Shown: piece after piece, positions 13,668 to 26,070 of the stretch | Layout: every line of letters begins with the position of its first letter | Position numbering within the stretch: position 1 is the stretch's first letter | Assembly: GCF_009914755.1 (NCBI RefSeq) | Contig: NC_060927.1 | DNA: 64,000 nucleotides | Reading direction: 5' to 3' (one strand) | Origin: the human T2T-CHM13v2.0 reference genome, Homo sapiens | Program-made: the position numbers and the translations under genes | The notes under the pieces: model-generated | The model's database searches: none | What the model was told of the DNA's origin: nothing | The model's input: only the letters and a program-made list of their open reading frames with translations

Positions 13668-13821
13668 TTTTTTTTTTACAGATGGGGTCTTACTTCATTT
13701 CCCAGGCTGGAGTATAGTGGCATGATTCTGGCTCACTGCAGCCTCAAACTCCTGGGTTCAAGCAAACCTCCTACCTCTCTGCCTCCCAAAGTACTGGGAC
13801 AGGCATGAGCTACCATGCCTG
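13668..13821 (-). mobile_element. Free Alu monomer (FRAM/FAM-like)
   Basis: Poly-T followed by a single ~140-bp arm 'gatggggtcttac...ccaggctggagtatagtggc...gcctcccaaagtactgggacaggcatgagctaccatgcctg'; no second arm. Confidence 0.8.
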
Positions 13822-14789
13822 TTTCTATTTCAGAGATTTAATGAAATATAATTTAATTAAACTTAGTTTAAAACCAAAAATGCTAAATATATGCCAAACA
13901 GTATGTTATTAGTATAACAAGATAAACACAATATATCTTACAATCTATGAATTCCATCTAGTGAAAGGACCAAAGATGCTAATACTAATCATACCTCAGA
14001 TTAATAATTTATATTAAAAATATGAAGTTGTGAGATCTGTATCTCTGGAGGTGAGCCATATTTATCATTGCTGTCATTCATTTCAAAGACGGGAATGTCA
14101 GAATGTCTTGTGCGGGGTCTAGGAACAAGGAAAAAAGGAGAGGATGGGCACTTTGTCCAAAATATATTATTGTTTGTCTTCTCCACATTTAACACTACCA
14201 TTTCCTAAAAAATGAGGTTATATAAATGTTCAGTACTCATACATTGTTTATGTTGGCTAGGTGCAATTTGCATTCTAGTTTGAAAGATATTAAAGTGTGC
14301 AACCTGGAGTAAAATAAGAATTCGTGAAAAAAAGAGGGAGGTAGGTATGTTAAGCAGGTGTGCAGCAGATAAAAATACATAGAACCAGAAAAGTGTTGAA
14401 CATTAGAGATACAGCTAACAAATCTGCCTCCTTATCATATTTATGTTTCTGCTTCAGCCTTACCCTAGCAGAAAGTTGTGATATAAGATATACAAAATTT
14501 CAATAAAGGTAATTCTTTATTTCATGAATGTACTATGCAGAATAATGTAAGAATATCTATGGAAGTCTCCTTCCATAGATAAGCAAAAAGTTTGTATCTT
14601 TACTTTGTGTGTTTGTTTTTGATCTCAGAGAAAGAGATGTTGGCAGAATGGGGACAGGAGGAAGAAGGAGAGAATACAAATGTGAAGAGAAAGAAGGGTC
14701 AGGACACTACCTACCAACTCCTATGTTGTTAAGTAAAAACTGAATAATAATTGAAGGAAATAGTAATAATAGTAAAAATAAGAAAAACA

Positions 14790-14985
14790 ACTCTAATAGT
14801 GTCTGCATTTGGGAACTTACGTATTAGATGTTTTCAGTAGATGACCTCACTCTATAAAGCATAAACAACTCTTCAACACTCTATAGTAGATAATAATAGT
14901 ATATGCACTTTGTAATAAATTTAGATTTAGAGAAGTTACTATCTTCTTTTAATGTTCCATACTTAACACATGGTGGAAATAGGAA
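14790..14985 (-). mobile_element. MIR relic
   Basis: 'tcttcaacactctatagtagataataatagtatatgcactttgta...tttagagaagttact' follows the antisense MIR core layout. Confidence 0.45.
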
Positions 14986-15164
14986 AAGGACCAAGGAAGA
15001 AAATAAATACTCTGAACCATCCTCGCTGCAACTTGGTTCTTCATGGGTAAAAATAAGATTGTGCTTTGTTTTATTGGTCAGTTTTCTTTTTCTGGAAATG
15101 AAACTTGAGGTTTGTAATTTATCTCCTTTTGTTCTCTCTTAATTTTATTCACATTCATTCTCAT

Positions 15165-16500
15165 CACTTCACTGAATCTGATTCCATCAAATGTTACCAA
15201 TTATATACATCGTCCTAAATGTGATGGTCTATTTGCATGCTGGTTTTAATTGATTTATCAGAAGCATTTAATACAGATCTCTTCTCCTTGATACACTTAC
15301 TTCAACTGACTTACAGCACTGAGAACACTTTTGAATTTTCTCTCATATCATGGGAGTTTCTTCTCATCTTTGATGTTACATGTTTCCCTTCTCTCTTACT
15401 TTTAAAATTGAAGGGGCCCAATGTCAAGTTCTTGAGGATCTTATCCATCCTCATGGCTTAAATACCACCCATAAATTTACAACTCTCAAATTAATATCGC
15501 CAACAAAGCCTTCTTAAATGAATTCCTGACCCTTACACACAAAACCTATATCCATCGCCATTTGGTTTTCTCTTAGATACATGCAATTTAACATGTTCAA
15601 ATACGAACTCAGGATTATTAAATCTCATCTACCTGCAGCCTTCACTGTCTCAGCTGATGGCAGATTTTTTTTCTTTTTTTAGTTTTTTAGTACAAGAAAA
15701 ATCTTTATTTCATCCTAGAATGTTTTAAAACAAACAAACAAAACACCAAACAGTCAGCGAAATGAGTAAAATTGCTAACCAAACCATCATAAAATCATGC
15801 TAGCTCTACATTAAAATATATCAAATTTCAAGCACTTCTCTCCGTCTCCTGAAACCACTGGTCTGAGCCATCATCTCTCACTTGGATTTCCATGATAGTC
15901 ACATAAGAGTTTTCTCTGCTAATATCCAAGGACTTAGACCTCTCAAAACAAGCTGCCAAAGTAAGCCTTTTAGAAGATAAGTCAGAGCTATCTCTCTTCT
16001 AAGAACTCTGCATGGCTACTCTTTACATTCAGTATAAAAGCCAAGATACCCATAATGCTGATAAGTAGGGTGACCATATAAGTTATGATTCAATCCAGAT
16101 TAGTGAGTGAAATTGTTTATAGTACTAATGACAGAACAATATACCTAAAAATAAATTGGCATGAACAAGTAGGATATTTCATCACCCTACTGTCAAGGTG
16201 CCTTATTATTTTCCCCCGTTACCTTTCTGACCACTGTTGCCATCATTATCCTCTCCTGTACTGAATCTGTTCTCATTAAAATGGCTTACTTGTTCTTCCT
16301 CAAACCCACCATGCAGCCAGGCACACACCTACACCGCAGAGCCTGCACAACCACTGTTTTCTTTATACTTAGAATCTTCTCATCCCAGGAATTCACAAGG
16401 ATTACTACCTCACGTCCTTAAAGTCTTTGCCTAGACCTGGGCTCTCCTATGATTCCTACCCTGAATATCTCATTTCATACTGAAATCTATCCCTCAACAT
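15165..16500 (+). mobile_element. LINE-2 relic (RT region toward 3' end)
   Basis: ORF 15237..15461 starts LVLIDLSEAFNTD, like the L2/CR1 RT motif LILLDLSAAFDTVD; downstream L2 motifs 'atttaacatgttcaaatacgaactc' and 'taagtcagagctatctctcttctaagaactctgcatggct'. Confidence 0.85.
16066..16189. mobile_element. MER94-like hAT-Blackjack MITE nested in L2
   Basis: TIRs 'tagggtgaccatat' and 'atatttcatcacccta'; 8-bp TSD ctgataag / ctgtcaag (6 of 8). Confidence 0.8.
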
Positions 16501-19500
16501 TACTATATGGCTGGGAAATTTAAACGGGATCAATTATAAACCTAACAAAATACCCAGTATATAATAAACAAACACTAGCTACCACCACAAGCAGCAATAT
16601 TATAACTGGATATTCACTTACCAAATAAATGTATTTTGAAAATAATTAAAGTATGATAGATATATTTCAAGATTAACTACTATATATTTACCAAATTATT
16701 ATCAGGCTATTAATGCTCAACATTCCAAGAGATGAATTTAGATACATTTTCTAACCCCTTGGATTTAGGGGTATAAGTCATTTCTACAATATGAACAGTA
16801 ATAGATAAAAGTGCCTTAAATGTTAGAATGATGACAATCCTAACTCTGACATATATCTAGATACATGATTTGTAAAACATATATTCTTTTAAAAGTAAAC
16901 TAAGAGGTTTAAAAATATTTTCTCAAGCAACCATATTTTTGTACTATATTCTTTTAAAATGTACATTGCATTTTCATGTCATAAAACTGACTGAATTTTA
17001 TCAATCTGTATTTTTGAAACCAATCCAAATATATGCATTCAATTTGCCAAATAATACCTACCACATAAAAGACATCCTCATTATTTATAATTTAAAATTA
17101 ATTCAAGTTCATAAAAATAATAACATATAAGTGAATATGTTAACAAATTCAGGATTTTTCTCTAGGGAAATATGCTAAAACTTAGAATAAGTATTTTAAA
17201 AAGTCTTTTCTTTTTAAAATAACAAATGAAATTGATTTTAAAATAGATATTTACAAAATTGATTGTATATTTAATGTATGCAGTATGTATTAGTATGAAA
17301 TGACAAACCTGTAGTCTTTGAGATTTCAATGAGCAAAAGGGAATATTAACCAATGATGTATTTTCAAATAAGTAGTTCACTCAGCAGATATTTGCACAAA
17401 ACCTGTAATATCAAAACAAAGTAATAGGCATTTATATTCCAAATAAAAAATAATTTATTTGCTTAAATTCTACATTTACAACAAAGTTTAGCCAACGAGT
17501 TAACTTAATATCTTCTATTCAAGTCTAATATTTCCATGCAATGTTTGCCCTATGTAAGGGGAAGCTCATATTTAGGTGTTTTGTTTCATGATATTTAAGC
17601 CTCTTTAATCTACCTGCTTTCTAACTTTCTACATAATTTTCTTTGTACCATTCTCAAGAACTTCCTTATAAACTCTTACAATTTTTCAAGAAATTAAACC
17701 ATAGTTTCCTAACAAAGAAAAAAATTTGAGAACAAGCATAACACAAGCAGCCCTTTCTGTTTATCTGAACATTACTCATGACCACAGGTGCATTTAAAGT
17801 TTTCAGTAAATAATTATCTAAAATATAAAAGTAATAACGAAATATAGATTTAATATTTGTATTCCATTAGACATTAAAGAATCTTTTTTGTTTCATTCCT
17901 TCAGTAAGAGATCTTGGGAATCATTTTGGCTATAATATTCTTTTACTGTACACTCTTAGACAAGTTATCTCAGTTTCCAAATAGAAGTGCAAAGACAATG
18001 AGTCCTCACCGGAGTTTTGTTAAAAAATAATGAGGTATAATATTTAATCATCAAATTTCTGAGAAAAATAATTATCATTGTTTACCATCTAGGTCCCATA
18101 GAACATTTTTGTTTAATGTAATGCTCTCATTTTAAGTCATTTATAAGTAATTTACAAATACAAGGAAAAGACAGTAAAATAAACTAGTAAATATTAATAA
18201 ATTTTAAACATAGTAAAAGTCTTTCATGCAGTAAATTTTTGTGCACAAACACCATGGATGATAAAATAGTATTGTCACACACTCTTTTAACAAAATGGGA
18301 TTATCCAGGTTCTTATTCCAAACTATTGTGTGAAGTCCTTTGACTAACTGGGTGAGAATACTGTATTTACACTTTGTCTTTGGAAATAACTTGTCATTGG
18401 TTCTTAAATTTGAGAATGTTCATTTCAGTCATCATAATCTGAAGACATATAGTCAATTTAATTAATATGATAAATTTTATTATATCTTTAAAGTCTAGAA
18501 TGCTGCTATCTTGTTCTTTGCATTTATCTTCTAATTAAGTTAATCTTATAACTTTCTTTGCCATCATGAAAAACAAAAACCTCTAATTTTCAACTGTGTT
18601 AACTTAAAAGCAGACCACAAAGATGGTGTCTCGAGTATTTTGAATATCTTACTGAAAGATGATGCCATATTTTGGATAACACAATAACAAAAGAAAGAAC
18701 AACAATTTATTCCATGATTGCATCTTGCTCCTTAGTGATTCCATCATTCCTTTTTTTCTTATTACAGTCTTTTTTAGCATAATTGAGAATAATCAATGAA
18801 CCATCATGAGTCATGATAAGATAATTCTTAGGATGATAAAATAGAAAATGTTTTCAAAATATAGATAAAAATAAGATCCTGATCTCATAATTCATTTTGG
18901 ATTTATAACAATTCAATGGATCCAAATGGTAATTGTAAAATAGAATAAATTATAATCTATTAAAATCAACAAAATTTAATTTTTTGTTGCTTGTAAGAAC
19001 TCTAAGAAAGAATGAAAGTTATGAAATATAGATATTAAAAAAACTGCTCCAAAGAAGCAAAAAAAAGTCTAATTAATTATATAACAAGGGTGAATCCACT
19101 TGGTATATTACATATGCACAATAAAACAAAGCCTTATTTTCTCTTTTTACTATGCTACTCCTTGATTTATTGAACCATGCAGAAAGGGGTTGGGGTATAG
19201 AAAAACAGTAGAAAGAAAAAGAAGTAACATGATATCTGTATATTTAAATAGTATAAACAGTAAAATAATATAAATATAACACATAAAATTACTCTTTACC
19301 ATTTGATATATACAGTACTATTTATATTTATATATACATAGGTAAATATGTATTATTATTCACTATTTTATAGGTATACATTTGTGTATATATATTATAT
19401 ATTTATACACACACATACCACTTCCATTTTTTAGTTTATGCCACAAAATGTACATATTCTCAACTGTCACTTTAAGATGTTAGGTTGGTTTTGCTGTAAT

Positions 19501-19962
19501 ATCTGCTATTTTACATACTAGTTTTGATATGCATTGATCTTTGAAAATAAAACAATTTATTAAGCTGACTTCACAGGATATAAAATGGATTAATGCAAGA
19601 GGAAACCACTGCCTGTACACTAACTAAAATCTCAAAATATAAATGGTAGCTTCAGTTTTCAGTAATCACTTTATGTGTTGATATTACTGATCCCAGCTGC
19701 CTATGACTTTGATTATGTCTATAAGCTATCTTCCAAAAATCAATTTCTAATAAAGCGAATTAAGACTCATTCATATTAGCTATGGAAGAAGAAAGAAATA
19801 CCTGTTTTGCCTCCAGGAGTGGAGAAAGAAGTCATTCCACATTTATTTTCAATTACACAGTGTATTTATGGCTATGATATTCATGAAAACATTTTGATTT
19901 AGATTGGCATTGCCATCTCCCTTTTCTAACTACAAGTGAACCGTTAGAAGACCAAATTGAGG

Positions 19963-20110
19963 CTGAATCTGGAGGGCATGGTGCTAAGTAAAATAAGCCA
20001 GGCATAGAAAGACAAGTAGTGCATAACCTAACATATATGTGGAATCTAAATAAATCAAACTCATGGAAGCAGAAAGTATAATGGTGGTTACCAGAGCCAT
20101 GAGTGCGTGA
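19963..20110 (+). mobile_element. L1MA-type 3' fragment
   Basis: 'gctaagtaaaataagccaggcatagaaagacaagt...atgtggaatctaaa...atggtggttaccagag'. Confidence 0.8.
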
Positions 20111-20117
20111 CAGTGAG

Positions 20118-20549
20118 AGAAATAGAGAAGCAACAGCAAATCAACCCCAAAGCTAGCAGAAGATGATCAATAATTGAAATCAGAGGTTAACTGAAGAAAA
20201 TCAAGACAAACAAAACATTCAAAATATTAACAAATCCAGGAGTTGGTTTTTTGAAATCTTAGTAAGATAGATAGGCCACTACTTAGACTAATAAAGAAGA
20301 AAAAAGAGAGGGTCCAAATAAGCACAATGAGAAATGACAAAGGAATCGTTACCACTGACCCGACAGAAATGTAAATAAGCATCAGAAACTACTTTGAATG
20401 CCTCTATGCCAACAAACTAGAAAACCTAGAAGAAATGGATGAATTCCTGGCCATAAACAATCTCCCAAGACCGAGCCAGGAAAAAAATGATTCTCTGAGC
20501 AGACCAAAAAGGAGCTCCAAAATTGAATCAGTAATAGTCTACCAACAAA
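20118..20549 (+). mobile_element. Isolated L1PA/PB ORF2 internal fragment
   Basis: 'ccccaaagctagcagaag...aaactagaaaacctagaagaaatggatgaattcctgg...gtctaccaacaaaa'; no 3' UTR. Confidence 0.88.
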
Positions 20550-20772
20550 ATTTTATTTCAAGGTAATTTAAGGCATGTTTCATGTTTACTTTGTTTCCCT
20601 GATTAAGTCATGTACATCATCATATGACTTATAATCATATGATGGAGGATAAGTAATACATTTTTGCTGATTGTCAATAGTGCTTTTGGATAAACATTTA
20701 AATTAGACAGTGGTAAAAGTGGACCATTAAGTCTAAAATAAAATCAGCAAAGATAAATCTAAAATTTGTAAC

Positions 20773-21076
20773 ATTTTTATTTTATTTATTAGAGACAAGG
20801 TCTTCCTGTGTCACCCAGGCTGAAATGCAGTGGCAGGATCATAGCTTATTGCAGCCTCAAACTCCTGGGTTCAAGCAATCCTCTAACCTCAGCTTTCCAA
20901 GTAACCAGGGTTACAGATGTACACTACCATGATTGCAAAATTTAATTTTGTATTTTTTGTAGAGTCAGGGTCTGGCTATATTGCTCAGGCTGTCCTTGAA
21001 TTCTTGGTCTTAAGCCATTCTTTTGCCTCGGCCTCTAAAACGCCCAGATTACAGGCATGAGTCCTCATGCTTAGCC
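20773..21076 (-). mobile_element. AluJ SINE
   Basis: Diverged antisense dimeric Alu with J-type 'atcatagcttattgcagcctcaaactcctggg'. Confidence 0.92.
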
Positions 21077-21949
21077 TACTAGCCTAAAAAGGGCAACCAA
21101 AAAAAAAAAAAAAAAAAAAAAAACTGCTTGAGATGGAAATTCCATGAAAATGCCAATTTTAATCTATTCCTTTCACAAGAAATCTAGAATCCCAAAGATT
21201 CTCAGTGCAAATATCTACGTTACTTAAAACATATCCTAAAATAAATGGCATATTTTAATTAAGAAATGTTTGTCATGTAAACTTATTTCCAATATGTGTA
21301 TGTCAGGTATGTTAAAAATAACACTGAATATATTTTTATTTGTTTGAGCATATGTGTGTGGAGGCACATGAATTGGTGAAGTCTTAGAGAAAAGCAACCT
21401 CACATTTTAACATTGAATAAATTCCCAAAATTTATTTTAATTTGATCATTTAGAACTCTGTACATATATTCCCTCAGAGTCTTTATTATGTCTAATGATT
21501 GCATTCAAGTTAATCCTTGATTTTTTAAAAACGTAATTGTTTGAAAACTCACTATCAATATATTCATGGAAATGTAGAGTATAAGCTTGATTTATGCATT
21601 GATTAATAATTCAGCTACTTGGTTAATATTTTTGAAACCTATTTATTTCAAGCACTATCTAGACAGATACAGTCAATGTTGTTAAAATTTGCCATTTAAA
21701 AGAAACTTTAAAATATCACATTAAATATTTTGCTTTGTGCTTTGACATAGCCTCAAATGGAGAATTGTTCTATTTTTTCCAATGTCATATCACAAATATT
21801 TTTTTTTCTAATCTGCTTTCCTTCACTTCCTTTTGCTAAAATATTTTGGAAACACCAAATTCCTTTTCATATATTTTACTAAAGCTTAGACCAAGCTTTA
21901 TAAACTATGAACTGCTTATTTAAGAGGGAATGTGTAATTATAAATGTAT

Positions 21950-22800
21950 TATAATTTATTAAGTGTTTTCTATGGGATAGACAACATTTGTTGGGGAAAC
22001 CAGCCCCACACCAACCAGCGGGTATCCCAAGTCCAGCAGAGACAAAGGAGTTAGAAAGAGACAGAATAAGAGTTTAAAAGGTGGGTCCAGGGGACAGGAG
22101 AGTCAGAGGCTTGCTCATGGGCCAGAGCTCTTCCACTTCACCTAATTTATTGGTTTACAAGCTCTTTGTTCTTAGGGCAGATGGGAGAGGTAAGAAGGGA
22201 TGGAGGAAAAGGATTAATCAATGAAGGAGAACTGGTGAGTCATTCAATAAGATGTATAGCAGTGGCAGTTTCTGTGAATTTCCTTGAGCAAAGGCATGTG
22301 TCTAAACTACTTAAAATCTTTAACTTATCAGGGCTGAAATGGGTGGGAGTGGGTTTCAGGAGAAGCCAAGATGTTTGATTATACTCCACTGCTTCAAGGG
22401 TGTGTTATCTCCCTGAGCAACCTGTGGAACGCCGCGGAGCTGTCATGCTCTCCAGGCATAAAGACATGAAGGCAATAAAGAGACTTTTCTCCTCAGAGGC
22501 CGCTCATGGCTCCCCATGGTTGTCTCACACAGGACAGACCAACTCATCTGGCTTCCCAGAAACTCTCTTTCCCACAACCATTCTAAGTGTTACTTATTTA
22601 CTGAATCCTCAATCATAACCTTATGAACTAGATAATTTTCCTTGTTCAGGTGCAGCAACCAAGGCACAGAGATTTTCTCACCTGAAATCACAGAATTACA
22701 ATAAGTTAATCGCAAAATTACAATAAGTTAAGTAAATATATTCAGAATCCTAGACAGGCCCTTTTGGAATGTCTTGTGAATCTACAGACCCCTTTCTTAA
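21950..22800 (-). mobile_element. MIR split by the solo LTR
   Basis: Left part 'atttattaagtgttttctatggg'; right part 'gaatcctcaatcataaccttatgaactag...caaccaaggcacagagatt'. Confidence 0.6.
21989..22576 (-). mobile_element. Solo LTR, LTR14-type (HERV-K14/HML-1 group), 588 bp
   Basis: TG...CA ends; minus strand begins TGTGGGAAAGAGAGTTTCTGGG as in recalled LTR14B/C; 6-bp TSD aacatt/accatt (betaretrovirus-like length); minus-strand AATAAA at ~22146-22151. Confidence 0.85.
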
Positions 22801-22964
22801 CCACTATAACTATACCTTACTAATTTGCATACGCATATTGTAGAAAAACATACACCCCCCCACACACACAGTAAGAAAGAGAAAAACAGACTGAAAGAAA
22901 AATTAAAATATATGTAGAAGCTCTATTTCCTTGGTTTCACGTATTTGATTATTGTGACATTTCC

Positions 22965-23893
22965 TATGTAAGTGCATCCCATGTTCTCTAGAAGTGGATG
23001 CTAAGTCAGAGTTTCAGCTGTAAGACTTTATTAGTGATCAGCACTTATGAGTGGGGGACAAGGCTGAACAGAGAAAGAACATTGACTGTGGTATAGTTCT
23101 GACAATGGCTTTGCAAGAAGTGTCCCATTGCAAAAGTCCATCTAATTAATTTATTTGTTTCTTTCTGATACCAACTGTCACAGGTTGGATTCTGAAGAAA
23201 GAGATTCTGAAATAGTTCGGAGTGTGTATTAATTTGCTAGAGTTGCCACAACAAAATACTACAACATAGGTGGCTACCACAGCAGGCATTTCTTTTCTCA
23301 CAGTTTGGCAAGCTAGAAGTCCAAAATCAAGGTGTCTGCCTGGTTGGTTTCACTGAGGCCCTCTATTTGACTTGTAATATGGCTGGCTTCACGTGGTCTT
23401 CCCTATGTTTGTATGTGTGTTCTAATCTCCTCTCTTTAAAAACACCCCAGGAATATTGTATTAGGGCTCATCATAATGACTTCGTTTATCTTTAATTACC
23501 TCTTTAAAGACTTTCTCAGAAATGGTTACATTTGAGGTGTGGCAAGGGGGATTTGAACTTTAAAATATGAACCTTGATGGGAAAACAAACTTAAGCCCCT
23601 AATAGAGTACAAGGCATTTACTAGAAATAAACACCTTTGAAAAGAAAGAAGCAGCAGTATTGGACACAGTGAAAAGTGGAACTTTGTCGTAGGTCCAACA
23701 AAGCCTCAGCCAAGTCAGTTACGTGCCAACTTGGGAAGTGTGTGACTTCAGAAGAGGAACATCGTTCTAGAGTCAGCCCAGGATGACTCTAGAAAGGCTA
23801 ACAGCTGGTGGGTCTCTGCTAAACACACTCCTTGTATTTGTGTATAATTTTTAAAACTTTGGTTCTCAGTGGCACTTGTCTGTGTCTACTACA
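22965..23893. mobile_element. Two adjacent ancient ERVL (LTR33-like) LTR remnants
   Basis: Two similar starts, 'gttctctagaagtggatgctaagtcagagttt' and 'tgtcacaggttggattctgaagaaagagattctgaaatag'; the second resumes after the MLT1 and ends 'gtgtctactaca'. Confidence 0.55.
23225..23604 (-). mobile_element. MLT1B-like MaLR solo LTR
   Basis: 'tgtattaatttgctagagttgccacaacaaaatactac...ctagaagtccaaaatcaaggtgtc...aagcccctaata'; 5-bp TSD gagtg/gagta. Confidence 0.85.
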
Positions 23894-24373
23894 CTCCACT
23901 TTGTGGATGAAAATATATTCAAGTAAATAAATATGCTCTCGGTGCTTAATATGTTAAAAGTACTACATTTAGCCTTATAGAGAAATAAAATCATAGTTTT
24001 GCAATTATACTTGCCTTACATTTTCCCCCAAATCTCTAATGAATTCAGATATGTACAAATAACAGTACAAGGTAGAATGTATTAAGTGCCACAAGAGGAA
24101 TATAAATAAATTTTTAAAGACTTGAGTAAATGAAAATAATTTTATTCCAATTTAGAAACTCTTTCTTAGAAACAATGAGATATGATCTAGTCTTCTGTAG
24201 TTATGACTATTTTGTATTATTTATTTTAACAAAGGTTAAAATAATTCAAATATAGAAAAGTACAAAAATGGTGTGATACATATTCATGTACACATTGACC
24301 CAGATTCAACCATTCAACCATTTTAACACACTGGCATAGTTGCTTCTAATTTCCCCCACCTCTCTATTGCTAT

Positions 24374-24376
<3 letters not shown>

Positions 24377-24445
<69 letters not shown>
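24377..24445. repeat. (TG)28(AG)n compound microsatellite
   Basis: Read directly from the sequence. Confidence 0.98.
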
Positions 24446-24660
24446 CTTTCATTCTTGCCTCGTTATTTAAAGTTTAACATGAGTCTCTACCATTTCAGGA
24501 ATATCTCAATACATTTCTAACTTACCTACCTCAGTGTTACACTTTATTCCTAACAGAAAATTATGCTACAATGTATGCTCCATGATGAAAATAATATAAT
24601 GTGATAAAGAGAAAATTAGATTGTCAAAATATATGGTAAAAGAATAAGTTGAAAACTACT

Positions 24661-24989
24661 GGCTTGGTGCAGCAGTGCATGCCTGTAATCCGAGCACTTG
24701 GAAGTCAAGGCAGGTTAATCGCTTGAGCTCAGGAGTTTGAGACCAGCCTGGGCAACATGGTGAAACCCTGTCTCGAGACAAAAAACACAAAAAAAATAGA
24801 CAGGCATGGTGGCTTGCACCTGTTTCCCAGCTACTCTGGAGGCTGAGGGGCAAGGATTTCCTAAGCCCCAGAAGTCAAGGCCGGAATGAGCTTGGATCAC
24901 AACACTGCACTGCAGTCTGGGCAACAAAGTGAGACACTGTCTCAAAAAAATAAAAAGAAAAAAAAGAAGAATAGAAAAGAAAAAAAAAG
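24661..24989 (+). mobile_element. AluJ SINE
   Basis: Dimeric Alu with J-type 'gcttgagctcaggagtttgagaccagcctgggcaacatgg' and a degenerate A-rich tail. Confidence 0.93.
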
Positions 24990-25864
24990 TGAGAAGGAAG
25001 GAAGGCATTGAGAAATTTCTGTGCCAAAATCTGAGAAAGGTGAAAAGCCTAGAAAAATGAAATCAGGTAGCAGCTTCTTTGACCTCCTAAGAACATTATT
25101 TTACTCTAAATACTAAGTAGAACTTACAACACAGTCACTGGTCTGGCAGAAGAAAAATCAGAGTTGAGTTCAACACAAGATGGAGGTGACCTGGCAAAAA
25201 TCCAAGGTTTTGGGAAGGAGTCTCAAAATCTAAATCTCAGTGGTATAAATGAAATGAAAATAGAAAAAAGTCTCACAAGAATAAAGCCCAGATTTCATTG
25301 CTCTCAGATTGACTAAAGGTGATCTGAGATTGCTAGTGTCACCAGAATAGCAGCTGCCTGCCATGAGAGAAAAATGTACTAATTGAGAGGAAGATGTAAA
25401 CTAGAGCCTCAAATCTTTTATCCAAACTTTTTTCTAAATACAGTCCGGCATACTCACAAAATAAATAGACATATAAGATAAGACAACATGTCAGAATGAG
25501 AAAAAATATTTTGGTGAAAAGAAACTCAATTGACTACCCATAAATCCATATTTTCAGTACACAAAATAATAGATTTTGAAAAAATTATGATAAATATCTT
25601 CAAAACTAACAAATAAAAAACAGAAAAATTTGTAAAAAAATATAAAGATGAAGCTATCAGTGCAAAACAATTAAAAATAAAACCTTAAGGGATTCCTTGA
25701 AGCATATTAATTACATATTTAAAATTAATAAGAGGAAATAAAAATTCATAAGGCAGAGAAGCAAATTTGAGACTAAAGGCATAGCACAAATACCATTAAA
25801 ATACTAGAAATAAAAGAGAGAAAGAATAGAGCCCAGGCATTATTTTACTATATATTGCACAATA

Positions 25865-25919
25865 AATATAACATGCATATCTATGTATCCACAAACACAC
25901 ACACACATATATACATACC

Positions 25920-25990
<71 letters not shown>

Positions 25991-26070
25991 GTTTATACAT
26001 CTGTATACATATGTATGTATACACACACACATATACATGTATGTATATTTATATACACATACAACTGTAT
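25865..26070. repeat. Compound (CA)n/(TG)n/(TA)n microsatellite
   Basis: Read directly; it explains the low-complexity ORFs at 25796-26122. Confidence 0.95.

Noticed and set aside
22695-22731. Short direct repeat 'aattacaataagttaa' x2
   Set aside because: An ordinary local duplication inside a MIR relic.
20773-24989. Inverted AluJ pair as a dsRNA or editing substrate
   Set aside because: The copies are ~3.6 kb apart and heavily diverged, with no evidence of a transcript.
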